Source of the DNA: a virus
Virus record (IMG/VR): IMGVR_UViG_3300029904_000002
Coordinates: 1-64,000 of that record
Length of the DNA stretch: 64,000 nt
Reading direction: 5' to 3' (one strand)
Below the pieces are notes generated by a model. That model was not told the origin of the DNA and did no database searches. It saw only the letters and a list, made by a program, of their open reading frames with translations. This document shows, piece after piece, positions 52,683 through 62,404 of this stretch (position 1 is its first letter; every line of letters begins with the position of its first letter). A program made the translations under genes and the position numbers.

Positions 52683-55286
52683 TTGAGATTATTTAGCTCT
52701 GCTCAAGCAGATAAAATCAATCGAGTAGCTGAACGAACGAAAGATTCTATTCAAGCGCCTAAAAAAGTAAGTGCTAAGAACATTTCAAGCGAATTGGAAC
52801 GAATATCTAAGCAGGTGCTTGAATACTTCAAAGATTCTGATGCTATCTTGATTGAGAGTAGAGAACAGCTTCACGATTATGTGACAAAATTGATTGAATC
52901 TGGATATGCAGGTATAGATACTGAGACGACTGGTCTTGATCGTATTCATGATACTATTGTAGGATCCTCACTTTACTATCCTGGAGGAGTTGAATGTTAC
53001 ATACCTAATAAGCATCTTGTCCCGATATTCGATCAGCCCTATAAGGGTCAGCTTACATATGAAGATGTACAAGAAGAGTTTCAACGTATTGCAGATTCAA
53101 GTGTGAAGCTGATCTTCGCGAATGCTGATTTCGACTTGGCTATGATCTTCAAAGATTATAAGGTGGATCTTGTCAAAAGGTGTTATTATGATGTTATTAT
53201 CGGGTGGCGTGTGATTCGAGAAGGTGAACAGCATTATGATTTGAAAGGATTATATAATCGGCATGTATTGAAAGGAAAGGGAGATCCTAAGAAATTTAGT
53301 GATTTTTTCTCTCCTCAGCTTTTTCCATATTGTAAGCCTCACATAGCAAAGTTATATGCTGCACACGATGCTAAAATAACATTTGAGGAGTTCAAATTTC
53401 AACTTCCGTTTGTTACAAAATCTAATGAAAAGTGTATATCAAATCATCTTGAGCGTATAGCTGATCTTGTCTGGGAAGTTGAAATGCCTATGATTGGAGT
53501 ATGCCAGCAGCTACATCGTAATGGTATATACTTAGATAAAGATATTGCAAAAGCACTTCAGGATAAGTATCATTCCGAACGGGATAAAGAATTGAAAATA
53601 CTGCAAGATATGGTTCAACAGATAATTGATGAAAGAGGATACACAGTTCCGTCGTCGATCAAAAAACCATTTTTGTCTGGTTCCGACTTCAATCCTACGT
53701 CTCCTCTTCATGTTAAGTATCTTCTTTATACACTGATGGGGATACCTTCCGATGGTAAGAAAGAGGGAACTGGTAAAGATGTTCTAAATGAACTTAATCT
53801 TCCTGTCACTAATCAGATTTTGAAAGTAAGATCTTATGGAGTATTGATCAATACATTTGTAGACAAGATGCCTAAAATAACAGCTACAGATGGTAGAGTG
53901 CATGCTACATTTAGGCAGGTCGGTGCAGATACGGGTCGCATGTCATCTGCAGATCCAAACTTGCAGAATATTCCGTCTCATGCAACAGATATACGTCATA
54001 TGTTTAAAGCATCTCCTGGATACGTTATGATGTCTAGCGACTATAGTCAGCAGGAACCAAAGTTGACAGCATTTGTAAGTCAGGACAAGAAAATGTTTGA
54101 AGCATTTACGCATGGTAGAGATATATATGCTACTATTGCGTCTATCGGATTCAATGTACCTTATGAGAACTGTCTTGAGTTTCATCCAGAGACTCATGAG
54201 TATCAGCCCGATGGTAAAGCTCGTCGAGGAGAAGCTAAGACTGTGCTTCTGGGAGTACTTTATGGTAGATCTATACCATCTATTGCAGAGCAGTTGTATG
54301 GTAAACGAACAGATATGTCAGATAAAGAAAAAGTAACTGCTGCACAGAAAGTCTATGATTCAATCATGAATGGATTTCCATCACTTAGAAACGCAATGCT
54401 GTCCGCACAGGATCACGCAAGAAAGTTTGGATATACAGAAACTATTTTAGGACGACGACGTCATCTTCCAGATATGCAATTACCTGAATTTGAATTCAAA
54501 CCGATGCCTGGATATGTCAATCCTGATATAGATCCACTTGATCCTTCTACATTGAATCAGAAGGAAGAGATTCCAAAAAGAATAACAGATGCTCTTTTAA
54601 AAGAGTTCAAAGGTTACAAATATTTTGGCCAGATAGTGAAACGTACAAAACAACTTGCTGAAGAACACATTCGTGTTATCAACAACCGTGCAAAGATAAA
54701 CGATGCTACTCGGCAGTGTCTAAACGGCGTTATCCAAGGCTCAGCTGCTGACATGACGAAGTTAGCATTACTTAACATATATGAGAGCGATGACTGGGAA
54801 CGACTTGGTGGTCGTCTACTGATTCCGATTCATGATGAAATTCTTTGTGAATTTCCTAAGGAAAATTATGAAGAAGGTGCAAAGCTTCTTAGCAAGCTGA
54901 TGTCATCTGCAGGTAGTTTTCTTCCTTTTCCTATCAATTGTGATGTAGAAGTTACAACAAATTGGTATGGCCTTGAATATCCTTGCCCATATAAGCAGCC
55001 GGAATCACTCGATACAGTAGATCCTGATGAGATCAAATGGATTCAGTACATGCTATTTGAATGCGAGTATTCTCTGCCTAAACATAAAGAAATGTTTGGT
55101 GAAGAATTCCGAGGTGACATTGCAAAAGGTGTAGACGGTGTATACTCAGATGAGATAAAATCCATGATTGATGATTACAAATCTAAGTGGAGAATTGAAT
55201 CGGACAAGGATTTCATAAACATGATCAAAACACATGTTATCGATGGAGTTACACCTTATGATCAGATGCACCGTGAATCGTTATAA
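52683..55286 (+). CDS. polA: family-A DNA polymerase with 3'-5' exonuclease domain
   Basis: 867 aa; Exo I GIDTETTGLD; motif A SSDYSQQEPK; motif B RRGEAKTVLLGVLYG; motif C PIHDEIL. Confidence 0.95.
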   Translation: MRLFSSAQADKINRVAERTKDSIQAPKKVSAKNISSELERISKQVLEYFKDSDAILIESREQLHDYVTKLIESGYAGIDTETTGLDRIHDTIVGSSLYYPGGVECYIPNKHLVPIFDQPYKGQLTYEDVQEEFQRIADSSVKLIFANADFDLAMIFKDYKVDLVKRCYYDVIIGWRVIREGEQHYDLKGLYNRHVLKGKGDPKKFSDFFSPQLFPYCKPHIAKLYAAHDAKITFEEFKFQLPFVTKSNEKCISNHLERIADLVWEVEMPMIGVCQQLHRNGIYLDKDIAKALQDKYHSERDKELKILQDMVQQIIDERGYTVPSSIKKPFLSGSDFNPTSPLHVKYLLYTLMGIPSDGKKEGTGKDVLNELNLPVTNQILKVRSYGVLINTFVDKMPKITATDGRVHATFRQVGADTGRMSSADPNLQNIPSHATDIRHMFKASPGYVMMSSDYSQQEPKLTAFVSQDKKMFEAFTHGRDIYATIASIGFNVPYENCLEFHPETHEYQPDGKARRGEAKTVLLGVLYGRSIPSIAEQLYGKRTDMSDKEKVTAAQKVYDSIMNGFPSLRNAMLSAQDHARKFGYTETILGRRRHLPDMQLPEFEFKPMPGYVNPDIDPLDPSTLNQKEEIPKRITDALLKEFKGYKYFGQIVKRTKQLAEEHIRVINNRAKINDATRQCLNGVIQGSAADMTKLALLNIYESDDWERLGGRLLIPIHDEILCEFPKENYEEGAKLLSKLMSSAGSFLPFPINCDVEVTTNWYGLEYPCPYKQPESLDTVDPDEIKWIQYMLFECEYSLPKHKEMFGEEFRGDIAKGVDGVYSDEIKSMIDDYKSKWRIESDKDFINMIKTHVIDGVTPYDQMHRESL

Positions 55287-55287
55287 A
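55275..55287 (+). promoter_or_regulatory. gAATCGTTAt promoter-like motif copy (GAATCGTTATAAA)
   Basis: Overlaps the last codons of polA; 41 nt upstream of ATG 55328. Confidence 0.55.
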
Positions 55288-55327
55288 CATTGTAGTACAA
55301 TATCAATTTCAAAAGGAGAATAATTAT

Positions 55328-56431
55328 ATGGAATTTAAGACAAACACACAGCCGTTATCAGATGCACTGAATCTTGGAATTGTAAATGCTAATGTATCTA
55401 AATTTTATCAGCCTAGCTGCTTAGCACATCTTACAGCTAAGAGAAACAAGTTGATTATCAATTTAGAGGCTGAGAGGTTACTTACTCAGATTACAGTGTC
55501 TGGCATGGGTTCCGAAAACGGCGAAGCTTCTATCTTTGTAGATAACTTGAAGCTTAAACAGCTTGTGAATAGCTTTGATACAAATACTATAGATATGATG
55601 TTTGAAGAGGATGGTCTTACATTAAAATCTGGTAAAGCTAAATTCACGTTATCTAAGATGGTAGAGGAGGAAGTAGCAATTCAGAAGCCTGCTATGCCAT
55701 TTGAAGATGATCCTCAGATTGAAGTATCTAAAGATGATTGGAAATTCATCAGCGATAAACAGATGTATGCTATCGCAATGAATTACATACATCCTGTATA
55801 TACAAGAGCTTGGATGGGCGACAAAGGTGATGTCATTGTAGGTGATTATGATAGCAGCTTGTTTACACATTCTACTAAGAATACATTAGGCATCACATGT
55901 CTTTTGAAAGATACTATTGTTAATTTACTTAACAGCCTTCCAGAAGGATCTAAACTTTACAAACACGGTAGATCATATATCGTAATTGTTAATACAGAGG
56001 GTTACGAGATGGTGACAGAGTTTACACCGGAATATGAAGATGAAGAAGGTTCTATTGGAAACTACAACTCTGATATCATATTAGGCATCTTTACTAAACC
56101 TGAGGAGCATATCACATTCAATCCTTCTGTCATAAATAAGTTTCTTGCTCAAGCTGATATCTTAGCAGAAGGGTCTGATGATATCATTGATGTATCGTTT
56201 GGGCATGATAAGCTTTCATTTAATGGAGATCGGGTAGATTATAGTGTAGATGTCACCGGATCCTGTATGCCATTTGAATTAAAATTCAAGTCAAAAGCTT
56301 TGAAGAGTGTACTGTCTCGATATGATGGAGAAAAGATGAACCTTGCACCGCTTAGCAATGGAGATGAGATTGCAGGTATTACAGTTTGGTCTGATGAGCT
56401 TGTAACGTCAATCGCAGGAGTTGAAGAATAA
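55328..56431 (+). CDS. dnaN: beta sliding clamp-like protein
   Basis: 367 aa (beta-clamp length); N-terminal pattern MEFKTNTQPLSDALNLGIV..; context next to polymerase and clamp-loader genes; not verified by search. Confidence 0.6.
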   Translation: MEFKTNTQPLSDALNLGIVNANVSKFYQPSCLAHLTAKRNKLIINLEAERLLTQITVSGMGSENGEASIFVDNLKLKQLVNSFDTNTIDMMFEEDGLTLKSGKAKFTLSKMVEEEVAIQKPAMPFEDDPQIEVSKDDWKFISDKQMYAIAMNYIHPVYTRAWMGDKGDVIVGDYDSSLFTHSTKNTLGITCLLKDTIVNLLNSLPEGSKLYKHGRSYIVIVNTEGYEMVTEFTPEYEDEEGSIGNYNSDIILGIFTKPEEHITFNPSVINKFLAQADILAEGSDDIIDVSFGHDKLSFNGDRVDYSVDVTGSCMPFELKFKSKALKSVLSRYDGEKMNLAPLSNGDEIAGITVWSDELVTSIAGVEE

Positions 56432-57228
56432 TGGCATTCAGAGAAGCAAATCTTGAGCATTTGGCAAAATTTAATTCATCAGGATCTATGTATTTATTAG
56501 ATGCATACAATAAACAACTGGATGATGATATTAGTGGGAGGGCGTCTATGCCCTCTCACAAAACATTTGCACCTTCCGCACTTCGATGTAAGCGTAGATC
56601 ATGGTTTAGACTTCGAGGTACGCAACCTGATAAGCCTAGGTCTACGGATAGAATATTAGAGTTTACAGCAGACGTCGGTACAGCTTGCCATTCAATGGTA
56701 CAAGAGCGGTTGATACGAGCTTTGAAATCTTCAGATCAATTTGAATGGATTGATGTTGTAGGATATCTTCGTAGTGAAGGATTTTTTGACCGTCATGATA
56801 TCAGAACTTTACGAAATGGATATGAAACACAAGTCGAATTTAAAAATCCACCAGTAAGGTTTGCTGTAGATGGGTTACTTCGTTACGATGATGAATATTG
56901 TTTATTCGAGATAAAAACTTCAGAATATTCAGTTTGGAATGATTTGACAGACCCTAAAGAGGAGCATATTGATCAGTTTAAAGCTTATTGTACATTGTTA
57001 GAATTGAATAGAGGATTCTTCTTCTACGTAGATCGACAATATGGAGGTATCAAATGCTTTGAATTGAATGTGTCACTTCAAGATCAGGAAGAAATCCGCA
57101 CAATGTTTACCGAAGTTCAACAATATGCCGAATTTGGAATCGCTCCTGATCCTCTGCCTACAGGTGACAAATGGTGTACACCTAATTTTTGCCCATATTA
57201 TGAAAAGTGCAAGCAGTTCGGGAGGTGA
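56431..57228 (+). CDS. Cas4/RecB-like PD-(D/E)XK exonuclease with Cys cluster
   Basis: 265 aa; FEIKTSE core; one N-terminal Cys (RCKRR) plus C-terminal CTPNFCPYYEKC. Confidence 0.7.
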   Translation: MAFREANLEHLAKFNSSGSMYLLDAYNKQLDDDISGRASMPSHKTFAPSALRCKRRSWFRLRGTQPDKPRSTDRILEFTADVGTACHSMVQERLIRALKSSDQFEWIDVVGYLRSEGFFDRHDIRTLRNGYETQVEFKNPPVRFAVDGLLRYDDEYCLFEIKTSEYSVWNDLTDPKEEHIDQFKAYCTLLELNRGFFFYVDRQYGGIKCFELNVSLQDQEEIRTMFTEVQQYAEFGIAPDPLPTGDKWCTPNFCPYYEKCKQFGR

Positions 57229-57233
57229 TTTAG

Positions 57234-57536
57234 TTGTTCACAATAGAATTTCCATATGACATAGGAACATTTGTTCAAGTCAATAATAGTATGAGAGGTG
57301 AATCTCCAAAGCCTAAAGAATGCTGGGATGACTTAGGAGATATCGGCATTATTGAGTTCTATAATTGTGTAGATAATTCACAGACTGATGACAAGTTTGT
57401 AGTTGTTGTGTCCGGCTATGAGCAATCATGGTGCGGAGAGTATCTACTTCGTGAGATACGATTGCTAACGGATGATGAAATTGCAATCGTTAAAAATGAT
57501 AATATCATCAGAGATGAGGAGGTAGAAGATGCCTAA
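57234..57536 (+). CDS. hypothetical protein
   Basis: ORF track 100 aa, TTG start. Confidence 0.5.
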   Translation: MFTIEFPYDIGTFVQVNNSMRGESPKPKECWDDLGDIGIIEFYNCVDNSQTDDKFVVVVSGYEQSWCGEYLLREIRLLTDDEIAIVKNDNIIRDEEVEDA

Positions 57537-58554
57537 TTTAGCAGCAAAGTATAGGCCACGAACTTGGGATGAAGTTGTTGAGCAAAAGATGGTCATTCAT
57601 ATGGTTAAAGGATTGATTGATAACGAATGTATGGATGTTCGCAACTTCTTGTTTACAGGCCCTGCGGGGTGCGCAAAGACGACGATTTGTAGGATACTTG
57701 CAAATGTTCTCAATGAAGGTAAAGGGGAACCTATTGAAATTGATGCAGCTTCTAACAGCGGTGTAGATAATATGCGAGTGATCATTGATCAAGCACGCTC
57801 ATATCCTGTGGGCACAAAATGGAAAATTTTCATCATAGATGAAGTTCATTCCTTTTCTAATGCAGCGTGGCAAGCAGCTTTGAAGACATTTGAAGAAGTC
57901 CCTGCACGTACAATATTTTTGATGGCTACAACAAACCCTGAAAAGATTCCACCTACTATATTATCACGTGTTCAGCAATTTCGATTATCAAAGATATCGG
58001 TAGAGGGAATTGAGAATCGGCTTAAGTATATAGTTGAGCAGGAGAATAGCGAGGGTCAGAATATTACATACACCCAAGATGCAATTAGTTATATTGCTAA
58101 GATGGCAAATGGTGGTATGCGTGATGCAATTACATTATTGGAGAAGGCAATAGCAAGTGATTCAAACATTACATCACAATCTTTGATGACGTCTTTAGGT
58201 CTGCCTAACTATGATCAGTTTTTTGAACTTCTTCAAGCTTATGCATCAAAGGACAATGCTGGTATTGCAAAGATTATAGATGAGGTATATAATTCAGGTG
58301 TGAATTTTGCAAAATGGATGACTGATTTCCATGCATTTACAATCAATGTAGTGAAATATATACTTTTGAAAGACATATCCAAAACTATGATACCTGGACA
58401 TTATGAGGATAAGATCAAGCCGTATGGCAATGCACATCTTATGATTTGTTTAAAACTTGCATCTAAACTTGTCAAGTTGAACAATGAGTTACGATTCAGT
58501 CAATATCAACAAGAGCTTACTCTCACATATCTCTGTTCCGTAGTTAAGAAATGA
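57529..58554 (+). CDS. dnaX: clamp-loader AAA+ ATPase (DnaX tau/gamma-like)
   Basis: 341 aa; Walker A GPAGCAKTT; Walker B IIDEVH; sensor SRVQQF. Confidence 0.82.
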   Translation: MPNLAAKYRPRTWDEVVEQKMVIHMVKGLIDNECMDVRNFLFTGPAGCAKTTICRILANVLNEGKGEPIEIDAASNSGVDNMRVIIDQARSYPVGTKWKIFIIDEVHSFSNAAWQAALKTFEEVPARTIFLMATTNPEKIPPTILSRVQQFRLSKISVEGIENRLKYIVEQENSEGQNITYTQDAISYIAKMANGGMRDAITLLEKAIASDSNITSQSLMTSLGLPNYDQFFELLQAYASKDNAGIAKIIDEVYNSGVNFAKWMTDFHAFTINVVKYILLKDISKTMIPGHYEDKIKPYGNAHLMICLKLASKLVKLNNELRFSQYQQELTLTYLCSVVKK

Positions 58555-58562
58555 TTTGTGAA

Positions 58563-58583
58563 GGGCTACAAATATTGTAGCCC
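58563..58583 (+). terminator. stem-loop, 9 bp, no T tail
   Basis: GGGCTACAA-ATA-TTGTAGCCC. Confidence 0.4.
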
Positions 58584-58596
58584 TGAAATACTGTTT

Positions 58597-58609
58597 GCAT
58601 CGTTATATA
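58597..58609 (+). promoter_or_regulatory. gAATCGTTAt promoter-like motif copy (GCATCGTTATATA)
   Basis: After the hairpin; 23 nt upstream of ATG 58632. Confidence 0.6.
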
Positions 58610-58631
58610 TTGATAGATAGGAGGATTGATA

Positions 58632-59207
58632 ATGAATTTCGACTTAATTGAACAAAAGTATCAGAAGGATATTGATGCTGTCATCGATTATGAGAATGAT
58701 ATTTACAATCATCTGTTTGCAGATGAATTTTCCGAGATTTTGAAACTGTCTGACGCAATTAAGCAATCGGGGTATCGATCACCTTCAGACGAAGTACTGG
58801 AACTCATCTTAATAGATGTGCCATTAAAACTTTTTGATGTGGCTGAGAGACTTAATCAGCTTGAGCTAACACTTCAGGTACTTAAGTTAGAGCTCAAAGA
58901 AAAGAAGATACAGCTTAAGCATTGCGACCATGTTCAAAATCTAAATTCTACAGAGACATCCGATTATATCACGTCAAAAACTATTGAGGATGAGCTTATG
59001 ATCTGCGTGTACACTAAGTTGATTGAAAGGGTGAATTCGCAAGTTTCATATTCTAAAGAGCTTATAATGAGCGCTAAAAAGCTATGGGATCGCAGAAAAG
59101 AAGCTGAATCTGTTATGCCGGTATCACCGGTTGATCCTACCTCTGTTCCGTATAATCCTACAGAGAGCAGAAAGCGACCTGTTTATGGGTCAACTGATGC
59201 GGTATGA
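58632..59207 (+). CDS. hypothetical coiled-coil protein
   Basis: ORF track 58626..59207; ATG 58632 lies 7 nt after GGAGG. Confidence 0.6.
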   Translation: MNFDLIEQKYQKDIDAVIDYENDIYNHLFADEFSEILKLSDAIKQSGYRSPSDEVLELILIDVPLKLFDVAERLNQLELTLQVLKLELKEKKIQLKHCDHVQNLNSTETSDYITSKTIEDELMICVYTKLIERVNSQVSYSKELIMSAKKLWDRRKEAESVMPVSPVDPTSVPYNPTESRKRPVYGSTDAV

Positions 59208-59219
59208 GAGAGGTGTTAT

Positions 59220-59384
59220 ATGTTATCAGATGTGAAACGAGTATTAGAGTGCCTTCACTGTAAATATTTTGATTATTGTATAAACAATATATCTAACCCA
59301 AAAGATAATCAAGATGGTACATGTTTAACTAAAGACTTATTGGATATGAAGGATGGTAAAAATGTCAAGAGCAGAACTTCGTAG
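59220..59384 (+). CDS. small Cys-containing ORF, 54 aa
   Basis: Own translation MLSDVKRVLECLHCKYFDYC...; AGAGG 6 nt upstream; overlaps the next gene by 23 nt. Confidence 0.35.
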   Translation: MLSDVKRVLECLHCKYFDYCINNISNPKDNQDGTCLTKDLLDMKDGKNVKSRTS

Positions 59385-59769
59385 AGCTGCTAAAGCTTCT
59401 AAATTGTCAAACAAAACATACAACATGACTGCACAGCAACTTAAAGATATGGAAGATAAAATATACAAATCTGCATATGATAAAGCTCGTGAGGATATCA
59501 TGAGTCATATAGATCGTTTAGGGGACGAAATGTTCAAGATGATGCTTGTTATCCCTACTAATCTTCTTATTGAAGATTATTGGAAGAAGTCAGCTAAGAC
59601 ACGAATCCCAAAATTTGTAGATGATTGCTTGAGTTTATATGAAGCATGGATTCAGGGTGTTGTTAATATGGATGAAATGGTCAAATTAACAGAGGAGTAT
59701 TCCGGAATAAAGATGGTAGAAAAAGATACTCCTACATGGAGATCTTTGCGTCGTAATGGCCAAATGTAG
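59362..59769 (+). CDS. hypothetical protein
   Basis: ORF track 59353..59769; ATG 59362 is better spaced from GAAGGA. Confidence 0.6.
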   Translation: MSRAELRRAAKASKLSNKTYNMTAQQLKDMEDKIYKSAYDKAREDIMSHIDRLGDEMFKMMLVIPTNLLIEDYWKKSAKTRIPKFVDDCLSLYEAWIQGVVNMDEMVKLTEEYSGIKMVEKDTPTWRSLRRNGQM

Positions 59770-59780
59770 ATCGTTATAAT
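59768..59780 (+). promoter_or_regulatory. gAATCGTTAt promoter-like motif copy (AGATCGTTATAAT)
   Basis: Overlaps the stop codon; 20 nt upstream of TTG 59800. Confidence 0.55.
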
Positions 59781-59799
59781 TATTATAGGAGGTGCTAAA

Positions 59800-60939
59800 T
59801 TGGCAACATTCGAAGATATTATTAAACGAAAACAAAAAGACTGGGGAGAGTCTATCATGGATATACATTCTAGAGATTCAAAGATTCCATTGAGTTCTCC
59901 TCAGTTTGTATGGTCGTTGTATGGTGGAATACCAAGAAATAAGATGACAGAGTTTTTTGGATGTCCAGGTGGAGGAAAGAGTACAAGTGCAATTGATGCT
60001 TGTAAAAATGCTGTCCAGCTGTTTAAACAGGAATTTGATGCACAGGTAGATAATTTGAGATTAGCTGCATCTAAGGGCAATAAACAAGCATCGATTGAAC
60101 TTGAGGATCTTGTAGATAGAGGTCCTAATAAAGTGTTCTACCTAGATTTAGAGCATTCATTTGATGAAGAATGGTCAAAAGTGTTAGGTATCAATTCTGA
60201 TGAAATATATATCATGCAACCACCGGATGCTCCAGCAGAAGAGATACTTCAGATGATTCAAGAGATGGTAGAAACAGGAGAAGTTGGATTACTTGTAATT
60301 GATTCTATTCCATCTTTAGTTCCTCAGGCAGAACTTGATAAGAAATATGGAGAACGTACCGTAGCTTCATTAGCAGGATTATTGACAGTTTTCTGCAGGA
60401 AAATGACACCTCTGCTAACTCGATATGAGTGTACTATGCTTGTCATTAATCAGATTCGTGACAACATGGATAATCCATATGTAGTTAAGACTCCTGGAGG
60501 GGAAGCACTTAAATTCTATTGCTCACTAAGAGTAGAATTTCGTCAAGGTAACCCAGTTGATTTCTTAGGCAATGAGCTTCCAATGAGTACAGAAGATCCT
60601 GCGGGATACATTATCAAGACGAAGATTCATAAACAGAAGAGTGCACCTAATAACCGTAAATCAGCGTCGTATTATTTGATGTGTACAAAGGGTATAATGC
60701 CTATGTTTGATTATGCACAGCTGGCCATAAAACGATATGGTATCATTTCTAAATCAGGTGGATGGTTTACACTTACCGATCCAGACACAGGTGAAATTTT
60801 GCAGCAGGATGGTAAAACAGTTAAGATTAATGGGCTTGCACGTGTATATCAGTACCTTGAGAATAATCCTGATTATTATGAAAAAATCCAAAAATACATT
60901 ATGAATGATCTCAATAATTCGGATCCGGAGGTGGTGTAA
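59800..60939 (+). CDS. recA: RecA-family recombinase
   Basis: 379 aa, TTG start 7 nt after GGAGG; Walker A GCPGGGKST; Walker B LLVIDSI. Confidence 0.88.
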   Translation: MATFEDIIKRKQKDWGESIMDIHSRDSKIPLSSPQFVWSLYGGIPRNKMTEFFGCPGGGKSTSAIDACKNAVQLFKQEFDAQVDNLRLAASKGNKQASIELEDLVDRGPNKVFYLDLEHSFDEEWSKVLGINSDEIYIMQPPDAPAEEILQMIQEMVETGEVGLLVIDSIPSLVPQAELDKKYGERTVASLAGLLTVFCRKMTPLLTRYECTMLVINQIRDNMDNPYVVKTPGGEALKFYCSLRVEFRQGNPVDFLGNELPMSTEDPAGYIIKTKIHKQKSAPNNRKSASYYLMCTKGIMPMFDYAQLAIKRYGIISKSGGWFTLTDPDTGEILQQDGKTVKINGLARVYQYLENNPDYYEKIQKYIMNDLNNSDPEVV

Positions 60940-61481
60940 TGTCTACAAAGACTTATTCTAATAAACAAGAGAAGATAATTTCAGAAGCGCTTGGATGGCA
61001 GACAGTTTCAGCGAGTGGCGCAAGAAATTTTAGCCCCGGAGATGTCAAATCTCCGAATTGGCTCGGAGAATGTAAAACTCATACTTCTGAAGTATCATCC
61101 ATTGTATTCAGAGAAGATGTTTGGATGAAGATTGAAGCAGAGGCAGATTCTGAGCATAAGGATCCTGTTTATTTTGTAGATAATGGTACTCAGACAATTA
61201 CAGGTACTTGGGCTATGTTTGATTACAAAAGATGTTCAGGTAGCTTTGAATATTTTGTGATCGACAAGACGAACTGTTCTGATTTATCTCGATTGATTAG
61301 AGGAAGCGTAAACATCATATTTGATAATATTGATCTACTTTATGAATATCGAAAGATCAAAAGAATGAATTTAGCTGCAGGTCTAGATGTTTGCACCGTT
61401 ATATCAGTTCCGCTGAAATCCAACAAAGATATTGTCATCTGTCCTCTAACAGAATTTATAGATATGTTTGGGAGCAAATAA
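60939..61481 (+). CDS. putative PD-(D/E)XK nuclease / Holliday-junction resolvase
   Basis: 180 aa; SASGARNFSPGDVKSPNWLGECKTH resembles the SG...D-(x)n-ExK nuclease core; follows recA. Confidence 0.4.
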   Translation: MSTKTYSNKQEKIISEALGWQTVSASGARNFSPGDVKSPNWLGECKTHTSEVSSIVFREDVWMKIEAEADSEHKDPVYFVDNGTQTITGTWAMFDYKRCSGSFEYFVIDKTNCSDLSRLIRGSVNIIFDNIDLLYEYRKIKRMNLAAGLDVCTVISVPLKSNKDIVICPLTEFIDMFGSK

Positions 61482-61483
61482 GT

Positions 61484-62404
61484 ATGAGAAGTATTCAAGA
61501 TGTAGGTATGGAGATCTTTAAAAGATCTCCTAAAAAGTTTTATGTATTTTGTGGATCTGAATATGGTATCAAATTGAAATATTTAGAAAATCTGAAAGAT
61601 TTTTATGATGGACATTATGAATCATATGATTCAGTTCAAGATGTATTAGATTTGATGAAAGTTAAGCGTATAATTCCTCTTGTTCCGTCGTTGTACGTTG
61701 TAAGGTATGATGATTCATTCATATCAAGTTTATCTGATAAATCTGCATCAAAGATTGAATCTTGTAACATCGTAGGTACCATTGTATGCTTATATGAAAA
61801 TCCTAAGTATTTATCTAAATTAGATAAATACTTAGGAAATTATACCGTATCTATAGATATGGTATCGCCACAGTTTGTCAAGAAATATCTGCATACTGAT
61901 TTCGCAGGAGTAGCTGATAAGGTAGTAGATATTGCTGTAGAGTGTGGAGCTAATTATTACCAGAGTAAGATGATCTGTGCAGCTTTGAAATCATTAGATG
62001 CATCAGAAATCTTGAATTCAGATATCACTTCAATATACAAATTGTTTGGGCATGAATGTAAATCAACAGAAGCGATGCTTAAAGAATGCATAGCTTCGAG
62101 AAATTTTAAGCATTGTATGAAAGTCCTCGGAGAATACGACAACTACGATACTATATATTACACAATTTTACAAACATTGATTGATATCGATAAATGCATG
62201 TCAAGCAAATATGCACAGTCTGATATCCAGAAATACGTGAAAAAGTGGAAACCGGAAGATGTCTATAATATGTTTGATATCACATATTCGGAACTTAAGC
62301 GATCAAGATCAATGTCTACCGATATTAAAATGAGTATAATCTATTTGATGAGTATACTTGTATTTAGCCCAATTCCGAGAAAGGAGCAGCTATATGATAT
62401 TTGA
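61484..62404 (+). CDS. clamp-loader delta (HolA)-like subunit
   Basis: ORF track 61391..62404; ATG 61484; N-term KKFYVFCGSEYGIKLKYL resembles the HolA start; context. Confidence 0.5.
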   Translation: MRSIQDVGMEIFKRSPKKFYVFCGSEYGIKLKYLENLKDFYDGHYESYDSVQDVLDLMKVKRIIPLVPSLYVVRYDDSFISSLSDKSASKIESCNIVGTIVCLYENPKYLSKLDKYLGNYTVSIDMVSPQFVKKYLHTDFAGVADKVVDIAVECGANYYQSKMICAALKSLDASEILNSDITSIYKLFGHECKSTEAMLKECIASRNFKHCMKVLGEYDNYDTIYYTILQTLIDIDKCMSSKYAQSDIQKYVKKWKPEDVYNMFDITYSELKRSRSMSTDIKMSIIYLMSILVFSPIPRKEQLYDI